Shown here piece by piece: positions 1 to 11,830 of a DNA stretch of 64,000 nucleotides. Both the position numbers and the translations under genes were made by a program. Numbering within the stretch: the first letter of the stretch is position 1; each line of letters starts with the position of its first letter. The stretch comes from Eledone cirrhosa. Its lineage: Eukaryota. Where the stretch lies: assembly GCA_964016885.1 (NCBI GenBank), contig OZ024741.1, positions 183,396,001 to 183,460,000 on the forward strand, given 5' to 3'. Below the pieces are notes generated by a model, which did no database searches, was not told the origin of the DNA, and saw only the letters and a program-made list of their open reading frames with translations.

Positions 1-91
1 TTGTTGATAATATGTACATGGAATTAAATGAAACTAAAACTGGTAATTGAAAGTTGAATTTAAAATATGTGAAATATATATTACTGAATGA

Positions 92-125
<34 letters not shown>

Positions 126-314
126 GTTACAAGCTGAAACTGCCCAAGCTCACAGTTGGACCTCTACCTCATTAATAGGGTTGGGGGGACCCTTCAGTTG
201 TATCAAAGACTTGACAACCTCTCTTGTGCTCTTGATAGAATGAAAGACCATACATAAGCAAGACAGAGACCCCCAGGGTCAGTAGCCTTACTTCAGTACT
301 GACTTAGTCTATGT

Positions 315-601
315 CAGTGATTCCCAAACTGGGGTCCGCGGTCTCCTAGGGGGACTGCGAAGTGATTTTGGTATACTGTCATTGAAGTTTTAAATCTTTA
401 GAAAGCATTGAACATGATAACAGTTTGGGGCATTTTGATACTACTTAAATTAAATCGTAGTAGAATTGTCATGCATTTCATAAAGGTTTGTCTTTGAAAA
501 CTTTGGAAACGCTGCCATAATATGGTAGGAGACCGCAAGGCACCCCAAAAATGGTAAGGGGACCACAGAGAAAAAAATTTGGAAAAGTTTGGGAACCACT
601 G
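315..601. mobile_element. hAT (Charlie-like) MITE
   Basis: TIRs cagtgattcccaaact / agtttgggaaccactg with an exact 8-bp TSD gtctatgt (307-314 and 602-609). Confidence 0.85.
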
Positions 602-1631
602 GTCTATGTAGACCTGTCCAACCCACTATAGCAGGAAAAGGAGACATTAAATAGTGATGATGATGATGATGATACATATGCATACAAATATATACAGAGG
701 TGGTTGATCTGGCAGAGTTGTTAGAGCTTAGGGTATTTGTTCTGAGTTCGAATCCCACTGAGGTTCACTTTGCCTTTTATCCTTTTGGGGGTCAATAAAG
801 AAATTACCAGCCCAGAACTGGTGCCATTCTCTTTCCTTCCAGTTATAACATCCAGGATGTTCCACTGGATCCTATGTGACTGCATAGGACCCTGAAACCA
901 TTAATGAAAGCATGGTATATACCAAGTCATACTCGATTGCAAGTGATGTGTGTAGTTTTTTTTCATATCATCATCATTGTTTAACATCCATTTTTCCATG
1001 CTAGCATGGATTAGATGGATTGCCTTGTTTGAGGCAATTTGGGTCAGGTGACCGTGTCTTGCTCACACAGAACTGTTTCTGGCTTGGTTTCTATAGCTGG
1101 ATGCCCTTCCTAACGCCAACCACATTTACAGTGTGTGCTGGGTGCTTTTTGTTGGTTTCAAGATGAAAACATGTTTATGTTATCAGATGTATTGGAGAAT
1201 AAGTAAAATGAAATGGACAAAAGAGTTTAGGGCCATGCTGCTAAGGGCTTACATTGGTTGGTTTATGTTATGTGGTGGTGTTCATGCCAATGAATGGGTG
1301 AGTAGGGGAAAGTTTGCATCTTGGTGACATTATTTTGATCGGTGTAGGATTGGCAGTCTCAGTAGAGGGTCAGGCGCTATGCTTTGCAGCATAGAGTTAC
1401 GGCCCTTTACAGTCTGAGTTCAAATCCCGCCAAGGTTAACTTTGCCTTTCATCCTTACGGGGTCAATAAAATAAAGTACCAGTAATGCATTGGGATAATT
1501 GCTGCCTTGTGCCAAAAGTAGAAACAATTATTTTGATGGGATCCTCTTTACTTAGTGTTTTGAGTACCTTACTTTAATTGGTTCCATTCCATTCTTTAAC
1601 ATGAACATCATTCAGTATATATATATATATA

Positions 1632-3206
1632 TCATCATCATCATCATTGTTTAATGTCTATCTTCCACGCTAGCATGGGTTTAGACGGGAATTGTCCCAC
1701 TTGAGGCAAGATTGGTCGTCTTGCTCGTATGGGACTGTCTGGCAGGTTTTCTACAGTTGGATGCCCTTCCTAACACCAACCACATTTACAGTGTGGACTG
1801 GGAGGTTTTTACCGTGTTACCTACACAGCCACATTACAGTGTGGGCTGTGTGTTTTTTTGTCGTGACACCTACACGACCCCATTTATTTAGGACTGGATG
1901 TTGTGGTACCAACATAACTTTACAGAGAATGGGGTGGTGTTGATGGGGGTGGGGGAGTTGGGGGTAGTGGGAGGGGGGGGGGTTTATATTTCATTAAGAG
2001 GTGCCTACTGACTGTAGGTTTCGCTTTGTACTTAAGCAAGGTGGGTTTTCTGTATTACTGCGTAGCGCCAAAGATCTCAGTCCTGCGACATTGTCTTAGA
2101 GAGGTGTAAGTGTGTAAGGTCAGAATTTATCAAGTCGTCCCAGGTTTTTCTGGGTCTGCCTACTCCGTAACTTCCGTCAATTTTGATTGCCCTGCACGTT
2201 TTTATACAGCTGTCCTCTTTCATGCGCATCACATAACCATACCAACGTAGTCGTCTCTTGAGAAAACAGCATCTGATCCCTCTTATATCTAATTTCTCAT
2301 TTAGTTCATTTATGCTTTGCTGTTCATGTATATTACTATTAAACATCCAGCGGAGCATGCATGCTTCGTTCCTCTCCAGTCTGCACAGATCCTCTGCACA
2401 CAATGCCCATGTCTCACTGCCATGTAACATTGCTGTTCGTATGCAGGCACCATACAGTCTGCCTTTCAATTTTAGAGAGAAACCTTTAGCGGCCAATAGT
2501 GGTATAAGCTCTCTGAACTTTTTCCATTCTGTTCTGACTCTGGCTACTGTACTTTCTGAGCACCCTCCACCACTGCTGATTTTGTCACCCAGGTAACGGA
2601 AGGTGTCCACTATTTCTATAGAGCCATCTGGGCAATAGAAGGAGCTAGTATCCTGTGGGTGCTTGCTACTTATTGCACCTGAGCACCGGCCACATATAAA
2701 ATCTAGGTTCTTAGATAGCTTACCTGTGATCCCACTACATCTTTTATGCACCCATACTTTGCATTTGGGACATAAAATGGAGTTTCTGCCTACTCCTTTC
2801 CTACACACTGAGCATGGCCATTTCCCAGAGGGCACCTGTGCCCTATTTTCCTTACTACATACTAGAACTTTAGTCTTAGACAAGTTAACTTTAAGGCCTT
2901 TTGATTCTAGGCCATGCTTCCGTGTTTGGAATTTCTTCTCTAGTTCATCCATCGATTCAGCTATGAGCGTTAGATTATCTGCATATAGAAGTTCCCATGG
3001 GCAGCTGGTCTTTAACTCCTCTGTTATAGCCTGAAGGGCAATCATAAATAGGAGGAGGCTAAGAACAGAGCCCTGATGAACACCAACTTTTACGCTAAAT
3101 TCTTCACTATATTCGTTGTTAATTCTAACCTTGCTGACTGTTTCTTTATACATGGCTTGTATAGCTCTCACAAGCCATTCATCAACCCCTAGTTTTCTAT
3201 GGGCCC
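1632..3206 (-). mobile_element. 5'-truncated RTE-clade LINE (RT 3' half with internal PHD finger, 3'UTR, (GAT)n tail)
   Basis: ORF 2077-3249 has GVHQGSVLS, LLYADN, FRYLGDKI, YGSETW-like LHGSETW and GRPRKTW. The 3'UTR is shared with other copies in the window. Confidence 0.9.
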
Positions 3207-3354
3207 ATATATATATATACATATACAGAGTCTGTGGTTCTGAAACCAAGGAAGCCGCTAATCACGGGAGTACTTGACTCACAGGGAGATGCAGAGTGGG
3301 TATATAGATATGTAAAATCCCGAAATTGCTTGGCACCACGGTCGGGATTTTACA

Positions 3355-3448
<94 letters not shown>

Positions 3449-4027
3449 CACATGTGTGTGTGTGCATGCATAAATCATTTGTCAATGGATTTTGGTAAAA
3501 GATATTGCAATACATAATAAATAAAGAAATACTGGCATTGATTTATTTGATAGAACTGTTACACCACTAAAGACTGATTTCGACTACTTTACTTACACCA
3601 CTTTACTGGTTAATAATTGCATGTCAATGACTGCAGGAAATCCATGGAATTCTAGAGTATGGCATTTGGAGGAAGTAGGACTGGATATAGCAGTTAATGT
3701 GAGACCTAGTGGGGGTACAATATGTGTGATGTGAGGAAGAGGGATGAGTGTGTCTAGTAGGCTTTATTGTAGGTGGCATAAGACTAGCCAAGTGTGAGGA
3801 ACAGAGGCCATTGTCATAGACACAAGGACACATATATATATAAAAACAGGTGTACAGCTGATTGAAACAGCTGCTAGTATCTTAGTGGTCCGTATTTTAT
3901 TGATCATGAACAAATGAATGTAAATATAAACTCGGCAGGATACTAAAGTAAAAGAACATAAATAAATGCTGCAAATCTTTAAGATGGACATTCTACCATG
4001 ACTGTACCCACGCTGTCTTATGTAAAT

Positions 4028-4214
4028 AATTGTTTCTACTTTAGGCACAAGGCCAGCAATTATCCAGTGCATTACTGGTACTTTATTTTATCGACCCCGT
4101 AAGGATGAAAGGCAAAGTCAACCTCGGCGGGATTTGAACTCAGATCGTAAAGGGACGTAACTATGCTGGAAAGCATGGCGTCCGACCCTCTACCGATACT
4201 GCCAATCCACCGCC
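4028..4214 (-). mobile_element. tRNA-derived SINE (family A)
   Basis: Head tggcagtatcggtagag...gagttcaaatcccgccgagg, core gcctttcatccttacggggtcgataaaataaagtacc. Near-identical copies at about 1351(+), 5070(-), 8965(-), 13731(-), 14154 and 14350 (tandem, -), 34284(-), 36105(+) and 36563(-). Confidence 0.88.
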
Positions 4215-4379
4215 CTATGTAAATAATGATTTCTAATCTAGGTATAAAGCCTGCAATTTGTTGGGAGGAGAAAGATGATAATATTGACCTCAGTATTTTC
4301 ACTTCTTTATTTTATCAATCCCGGAAATATACAAGTCAAAGTTGACCTCAGCAAGATTTGAACTCATAGAGAGAAACTC

Positions 4380-4720
4380 TTTCAGTCAGCAGGAGTAGTA
4401 AGTAGGCCCTTGAACGTTTTCCTTTCTGTTCTTATTCTAGCTGCTATGATTTCAGAACAACTTCCTTCACTGCTAATTAGGTTACCTTGGTAACAGAAGC
4501 TATCAGCCACATCTACAGTAGCTTCTGTGGATTAGAAAAGGTTTATTTTAGAGGTACTCTTACTCCCAACTACCCCTATGCATCTGCCATATACAAAGCC
4601 CACCTTTACTGTTAGCCGACCTGCTATCTCACTACACCTCTTCTGTATCCATATTCTAAACAAAAGCCAACCAACAATCTAATGCAACTTTCACACACCA
4701 TATTTCCTACAGAAACATCA
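4380..4720 (-). mobile_element. Old degraded RTE fragment
   Basis: Minus-strand WIQKRCSEIAGRL..GFVYGRC resembles the RTE PHD insert of the other copies. Confidence 0.55.
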
Positions 4721-5332
4721 ACTAACATTAAAATTCAACACAACTCACACAACTTATGTAAAACATAGTCACTGCTCAACGCTATATCACCAAACAACAA
4801 TCCTCCATTCCCACCCAACAACATATCACATCTCACATTACACATATTCTACACAACAAACACTAAAATTACACCAGGAGCAACAAAACAACTGCAGTAA
4901 GGAAACAAAACAGAAGTATCATGCAAACTTAATCCCCACCCCAAATGCTGCATACATCTCAAAAACCTGAAAGTGCAATAGGTGGTGCAGTATATACTTG
5001 CATCAAACTGTGGAAAACACAATGATGAGGATGACGATGGTGATGATGATAATAATAATAATAATTATTATTTCTACTTTAGGCACAAGGCCAGCAATTT
5101 GAAGGGGAGTGGGGAAAGTTGATTAAATCGACCCCAGTGCATTACTGGTACTTTATTTTACAACCCCATAAGGATGAAAGGCAAAGCTAACCTCGGCGGG
5201 ATTTGAACTCAGAACGTAAATGGGCAGAACTCTATGATGGTAAGCATGGTGTCTGATGCTCTACCGATACTGCCAAAATAATAATTGTTTCTACTTTAGG
5301 CACAAGGCCAGCAATTACCCAGTTCATTATAT

Positions 5333-5678
5333 GGAGGCACATGGCTTAGTGGTTAGAGCATTGGCCTTGCAATCGAAAGGTTGTGAGTTCAATTCTCAGA
5401 CCGAGTGATGTGTTGTTTCCTTGAGCAAGACACTTTATTTCACATTGCTCCAGTTTACTCAGCTGTAGAAGTGAGATGATAGGGACTGGGGTCCATATCA
5501 TTCCACTGCAAAGTGGTCGTGTAGGTGCCACGGCAAAAAAAGCACCCAGCACTCACTGTAAATGAGGTAGGTATTAGGAAGGGCATCCAGCTGTAGAAAT
5601 CAAGCCAGAATCAGTTCCCGTCCCACCCTTGCAAGTAGGGAAAAGGGGACGTAAAATGAAATGATGATGATGATGATT
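5333..5678 (+). mobile_element. tRNA-derived SINE (family B) with RTE-derived 3' tail
   Basis: A box-like tggcttagtggtt, B box-like gagttcaattct, 3' end taggaagggcatccagc...(gat)n shared with the RTE 3'UTR. Other copies at about 11056-11430(+), 47215-47540(-), 54400-54716(-) and 55213-55510(+). Confidence 0.85.
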
Positions 5679-5937
5679 ACTGGTACTTTATTTTATCGAC
5701 CCCGTAAGGATGAAAGGCAAAGTCAACCTCGGCATAATAATGATAATGGTTTCTAGTTTAGATACAAATTTCAGAAAGGAGTACAAACTGTTTGCATCAA
5801 CCCCAGTGCTTGACATGTCAAGTACATTATTTCATCGCCCTTGTAAGAATGAAAGGCAAAGTTAACCTCAGTAAGATTTAAGCTCAGAATGTAAAGGGAC
5901 ATTTCTAAATATATCAATGTATTTTGTATGAAGCCCT

Positions 5938-6000
5938 ACTACTAGTAGTAGTAGTAGTAGTAACAGTAGAAGTACTAGTAGTAGTAGTAGTAGTAATAGC

Positions 6001-6035
<35 letters not shown>

Positions 6036-6135
6036 CAGCAGCAACAACAGTAGTAGTAGTAGAAGTACTACTAGTAGTAGTAGTAGCAGTAGTAGTACTA
6101 GTAGTAGTAGTAGTAGTAGCAGCAACAGCAGCAGC

Positions 6136-6167
<32 letters not shown>

Positions 6168-6198
6168 CAGTAGTAATAGTAGTAGTAGTAGTAGCAGT
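5938..6198. repeat. (GTA)n/(GCA)n microsatellite
   Basis: Directly visible trinucleotide repeat. Confidence 0.95.
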
Positions 6199-6321
6199 TG
6201 TTTTTTGGCATAAGGTTACAATTTTTTTTATGGTGGATGAGGGAGAGCAGAATATTTGATTAAATTGACACCCTCCCTTCACAAGAAGTTGATGTGTGAC
6301 ATAGGCATAGCATTGACTTAC

Positions 6322-7120
6322 CGATGGTCAAGCAACATTTTAACCAGCTTTATGTTTCCGTGAGAAGCAGCAACCATCAATGGTGTTTTGAAATATTTGT
6401 CTTTTGTGTCAACTGGAGTTCCATGTTCAATTGCGGTTTTCAGCGATTTCTCATCATTGCCCCGAACAGCTTCATTTATGTTAATGTAGCTCACATCTGG
6501 TATCTGAATGTACCAATAAGAATCATCTTGTAGTGGATGATTAGGTGGTAAGTCACGATCAAACCGGTTTGTGTCTGTTACACAAGAAATATGTTCAATA
6601 TATTCAACTGGCGCTTGAGAGTTTGGAATCTTTCTGCTGCTCGCGTTTGTACATATAACCATCGGCAGCTTGAATTTTCCAGCTTTCACATGACGTTCCT
6701 TTCTGGCTTTCTTATCTTTACCAATAAAAGCTGACTGTTGGAAAGACTTTTTAAGATACTTCTTTCCCATGAAGAATTCTTTTATGTGTACGCCTCCAGG
6801 TTTTTCCATTGGTTTCATAATTGTATCCAAACTTTCGTAAGAAATGGGTGCATCTAAGGATACTATTGTTCTTTTCAAGTAGGTCGACTGCACAGTTCCA
6901 GTTTGCTGGGGATCATACTTGAACAAAGCTGTTTTGATCTGCTCCAGGTGTGCTTGAGCCCAGTCATGGAAATATATCAGATTTTTTTCAAAACCTTTAC
7001 CAGTTTTACCATATAAGTTCTCACCTTTCTTACATTCTTTTGCTGCTTGTTTGCAGCCATATTCTTTTGCCACCTGGCGAGCTGTTTGCGAGTCATTATT
7101 TTTAAGTTTGGCATTACAAC
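6322..7120 (-). CDS. ANKEF1: ANKEF1 coding exon 5 (EF-hand-like region, central motif, ankyrin repeat)
   Basis: cttccag|GT acceptor and CG|gtaagt donor, 799 nt (phase 1 to 2). Contains GKFKLPMVIC, TDTNRFDRDLPPNHPLQDDSYWYI and KDKYFKTPLMVAA, all characteristic of ANKEF1. No downstream exon was found in 1-6300. Confidence 0.94.
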
Positions 7121-7851
7121 CTGGAAGTTGAAAGAAGTGAAATATACTTATGAAGTAGGTCGTTGGTAATACACGCACACATATATGGACATACAAATTT
7201 GCATATTAGTTCTTATGTTAGTAGTTAATTTTAGAGAAACAAGGTTTAGACTTTTAAATTTAAAACTAGATGATATACTAAAAGGAAAAAGAGAGAGACA
7301 AAGTTTAGATTTTTATACTAAAAGGAACCAAAGTTAAGATTTTTATCTAGACACAAGATTATACTCTATGTTAATCTGAAGAAGACACGATTTAGATTTA
7401 AATCCATAAGGTTGTAAACTCTTTACTTGGATGGCTGGTAATTTCTTACAAGACATATTTGCTCTACATATTACAAAATAGTTTAAATTTAATTCCAATT
7501 GCTTGTGTAGCATAGCGCTGATAGCTACAAAATTACATAAATAACCACACCATGTATGGATTTGTGGTCACTAATCCACCACTATCACAAGGACACACAA
7601 AAAGTTTGAAATCTGTATGTCAGGAAATGAACACACATGCCTATATATATAATGATCCACACAACAAAACGTCACTATATATATATAAAAACGTTTTTTT
7701 TTTTTTTCTACACCAAAGATAAACAAGGCCTATACTTTCAAGTATAAAATCTCAGGTTGGGACATGGGATAGAAAATTATTTGTCACTGACATACAGAAA
7801 GTATATGATAGCTAAAAATATCCTTTAGAGAATTATGTAAATACATATAGA

Positions 7852-8043
7852 ATAACTTATACAAAATTAGCTATAGGCAGATTCCTAGTATAGAGACCTA
7901 AAACAAGCCTGCTCTCCCCCAAATCTCTCCATTACTGCAGTTTCCACTGATAAGACAATAACTTATACAAAATTAGCTATAGGTAGATTCTTAGTATAGG
8001 ACCTAAAAATCACTCCATTACTGCAGTTTCCACTGATAAGACA
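7852..8043. repeat. Local tandem duplication (~100 bp x2)
   Basis: aataacttatacaaaattagctatagg...ctccattactgcagtttccactgataagaca occurs twice. Confidence 0.8.
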
Positions 8044-8405
8044 TTATTGCCCATTCTATTACATAAAATAAAGTGAACCAGCATTGAAGAACTCAGCTTA
8101 GTCAGATAGCATTCTTTGAAAGTATAAATTAATATTCAAATGTTAGTCAATGGAGGGCATCAACAGCTCTACCTGCATGGTGTCAGTTTCCATGTATGCT
8201 AGGTTAAGCAACTCAGTAAATATTTGTAGATCAGAACAGTGACGAGTATAAATACCGTTAGATGTAGCAGCTATATATATATCACGTCTATAAACTCAAC
8301 AATAAAGGAGTAGCAAATATCAAACAGAAAATTATCTATCACTAATACACACACACACACACACAAAACAAACACACACACATACATACATATATATATA
8401 TATAC

Positions 8406-8732
8406 ATATTGTTAGACTTTGGGAGGGTCAAGCTGCCTATAAAAACACATGCACCTGTTGGTTTTCACTTCAATTTATTATGAATTTCCGGTTGGTTGGT
8501 TGGTTCGATAACCGGATGGTTGTTCTGTCCTACACCAAAGGAGAGACACAAAATAAAAATCTAGTCACTGAGGAGGTCACAGAATGTGTGACGAAAGTGC
8601 TTTGACAATATATAAACAAACATCCAGTTATCGAACCAACCAATCAACCAGTTATTTATAATTAATTGAAGTGAAAACAAACAAGTGCATGTGTTTTTAT
8701 TGGCAGCATGACCTTTTAAAGTATAACAATAT
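8406..8732. mobile_element. Fold-back element with ~118-bp TIRs enclosing a hammerhead ribozyme
   Basis: 8406-8524 is the imperfect reverse complement of 8615-8732. The element follows a (TA)n tract. Confidence 0.8.
8564..8606 (+). ncRNA. Minimal type I hammerhead ribozyme motif
   Basis: GTCA-CTGAGGA-g-GTCACA gaatg TGTGAC-GAAA-GTGC-TT^TGAC. Stem I GTCA/TGAC, conserved core, stem II and a short quasi-palindromic stem III are all present. Confidence 0.75.
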
Positions 8733-9184
8733 CTGTTTTAACACATGTTTTCAGATAAGAAATCTTGCAAAACAAATTCATCAACAAAATATATATATAA
8801 TAATTCAGTATGGCTAAGTAGTGAGCCTTGTTGATCTGTTGCTTCACCTATACACTAGCAAGATCATCAGACAAAATTAATGATTGTGTGAATGCATGGG
8901 TGAAACTACAGAGTAATAAAATGAGTAAAATGAGTATTGAGTACTTTTTCTCACGTCCATCAATAATTGTTTCTACTTTAGGCACAAGGCCAGCAATTAC
9001 CCAGTACATTACTGGTACTATATTTTATCGACCCCGTAAGGATGAAAGGCAAAGTTAACCTCGGCGGGATTTGAACTCAGACTGTAAAGGGACGTAACTA
9101 TGCTAGAAAGCATGGTGTCTGACGCTCTACCGATTCTGCCAATCTACAGACATACATACACACACGCACACATATATATATATA

Positions 9185-9219
<35 letters not shown>

Positions 9220-9224
9220 ACACG

Positions 9225-9925
9225 AATGGCAAAACATAAATGAATTAAGTGAGAAATTAGGGATAAGAGGGATCAGATGCTGTTTACTTGAGAGAAGATT
9301 ATGTTGGTATGGTCACATGATGCGCATGAAAGACGACAACTGTATAAAAAAGTGCAGGGCGATCAAAATTGATGGAAGTTACGGAGTAGGTAGACCCAGA
9401 AAAACCTGGGACGACATGATAAAGTTCAACCTTGTACACTTGCACCTCTCTAAGACAATGTCACTGGATCGAGATTTTTGGCACCATGCAGTAATACAGA
9501 AGACCCGCCTTCCCTATGTGCAAAGTTAACCTACAGTCAGTAGGCCCCTCAAAACCAAACATACACCTCAACCCACTACCCCTACTCCATCTTCCCACTC
9601 CCGCCAACAGCACACTTTCTCTATAAAGTTATGTTGGTACCACAACATCCAGTCCAAACTAATGAGGTCGTGTAGGTGTCACGACAAAAAAACACAGTCC
9701 ACGCTGTACTGTGGTCGTGTAGGTAACACGGTAAAAACCTCCCAGTCCACACTGTAAATGTGGTTGGTGTTAGGAAGGGCATCCAGCCATGGAAAGCCTG
9801 CCAGATAGTCCTATATGAGCGAGATACGGTCACCCGACCAATCTTGCCTCAAGTGGGACAACTCCCGTCTAACCCAGTCTAGCGTGGAAGATAGACATTA
9901 AACGATGATGATGATGATTATGATG
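9225..9925 (+). mobile_element. RTE LINE 3' fragment
   Basis: RLCWYGHMMRMKDDNCIKKCRAIKIDGSYGVGRPRKTW, followed by the RTE 3'UTR and a (gat)n tail. Confidence 0.88.
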
Positions 9926-9927
9926 AA

Positions 9928-9965
<38 letters not shown>

Positions 9966-9966
<1 letters not shown>

Positions 9967-10945
9967 TAGCAGCAGTACCCAGCGTTGCCTGGGTAGGTGA
10001 AATAATATCTGCTTTGATGAAAAGATGTTGATCTTAGCGACTGCTTCTCGATGACTCATCTATGGCCACACACAAGCCATGTAGGGGAGGGTGGTGATAA
10101 CCTCTATCACTGAGAAACGCGGGTGACTGACGAAGGGGCATGCTGGGGGAGGAAGGTAATGACCTCTAATACAAAGCCAAATTTCCTCACGCTACTTGAT
10201 TGGAAACCGATGAATTCTCAAATACACAACTAAAAGCTCAGACGACGTGGCCATCGTTTTGCCTTTGACCATCTATAAGATGTGCAATGATAGGTTCTAT
10301 CGTAGTATAAAAGTTGAACCAAATAAATTGATTTATGTGTGAGGTGGAACCGAAGTTTCGAATTTAAAGGAAATTGGTTGAAAAATGTGGGAGCTAGAGC
10401 CGAAAAGGCGGAAATTTGAGCGAAAAGATGGTACTTTTGAATATTTAAGCGGCTGCTACGCCATTTCTGAACAAAAAGCCAAAATGTAAAGCCACTTAAA
10501 GATGTGAAATAATCAGATCTAGCGTAGTGTAAACTTTGAACAAAGTAGGTTGATTAATGTGGGAGCTAGAAATTTGAGTCTAAAAGTGGTATTTTTGAAC
10601 ATTTAAGCAGCTGCCACGCCGTCCCTGAACAACAAATGCAAAATATAAAGCCATTACAGGATGTGCAATGATAAATTCTATTTTGCTTTAAAATTTGAAC
10701 AAAATCGGTGGCAAAATGTGGGAGCTAGAGCCAAAAATCTTATTTTTCGATACCTAAAAAAAGGTGACCCCTCTATCGATTTTTATCTGCAGAATGACCC
10801 CCAAATAAAAAAACGATACGCTGATATATAGAAAACACTCCCTGATGACTAATCTATGAGACTGTAAAGTTTCATGAAAATCGGTCGTAAGATGTAGGCC
10901 CCTATAGGTAATACACAGACACACATACTTAATCTTATATATATA
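9966..10945 (-). mobile_element. Non-autonomous Helitron/Helentron (DINE-1-like) element with internal ~170-bp repeats
   Basis: Minus-strand end cccaggcaacgctgggtac...CTAG (hairpin plus CTAG). The other end has aaagtttcatgaaaatcgg...acacagacacacatac. Three aatgtgggagctaga units lie inside. Confidence 0.7.
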
Positions 10946-10991
10946 CAGATATATACATAATATATATATATATATAATATATTTATATATA

Positions 10992-11022
<31 letters not shown>

Positions 11023-11682
11023 CATATGTGGAGTGTCACATATATATATATGTGTGGAGGCACATGGCTTAGTAGTTAGAGCATTGGCCTTGCAATCAAA
11101 AGGTTGTGAGTTCAATTCTCAGACCGGGTGATGTGTTGTTTCCTTGAGCAAGACACTTTATTTCACATTGCTCCAGTTTACTCAGCTGTCCCTATCATCT
11201 CATTCCACTGCAAAGTGGTCGTGGAGGTGCCAGTGCAAAAAAGCACCCAGCCCACACTGTAATGTGGATGTGTAGGCGCCACGGAAAAAAAAGCACCCAG
11301 CACTCACTGTAAATGAGGTTGGTGTTAGGAAGGGCATCCAGCTGTAGAAATCAAGCCAGAATCAGTTTCCGTCCCACCCTTGCAAGCAGGGAAAAGCGGA
11401 CATAAAAATGATGTTGATGATGATGATGATATATATATATGGAACAAAACCGTCTAACCCATGCTAGTGTGGAAGATGGGCGTTAAATGATGTTGATGAA
11501 GATGATGATATATATATATATATATACTATAAGGAACAAGGATTCAGTGTTGCATCATAACATATTTAATAACATATTACATATGTTTCACTATAGATCA
11601 GCTTGAGGAAAGACCTATTATAGATTGAAACTGACTCTGTAATCGAAAAATCGTTAGATATGCTTGCTATATGATCTCGTCT

Positions 11683-11830
11683 TCACCTGGTCTCTTGAAC
11701 ACAACAAACATCAACTTCCTTACGTTCAAGCATCTCTACAATCTCATTTGAGCGACCTTTAAATGTGCCTACATTCATGGTACCAACTCTGAAGTTTTGG
11801 ATTTCACTGAGAAGGAGGAATGGATGGGAT
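11683..11830 (-). mobile_element. RTE endonuclease N-terminal fragment
   Basis: RVGTMNVGTFKGRSNEIVEMLERKEVDVCCVQETR is the APE motif, nearly identical to the copy at 28585. Confidence 0.8.

Noticed and set aside
2258-3034. Plus-strand ORFs opposite RTE ORFs (also 26266-28493)
   Set aside because: They are antisense shadows of retrotransposon coding sequence with no recognisable motifs.
5333-5405. tRNA gene
   Set aside because: It has A and B boxes but no complete cloverleaf, and it continues into a SINE body present in many copies.
1-6300. Downstream ANKEF1 exons (expected ...DNFxWTPLHFACH...)
   Set aside because: No matching minus-strand sequence was found, so they probably lie outside the window.
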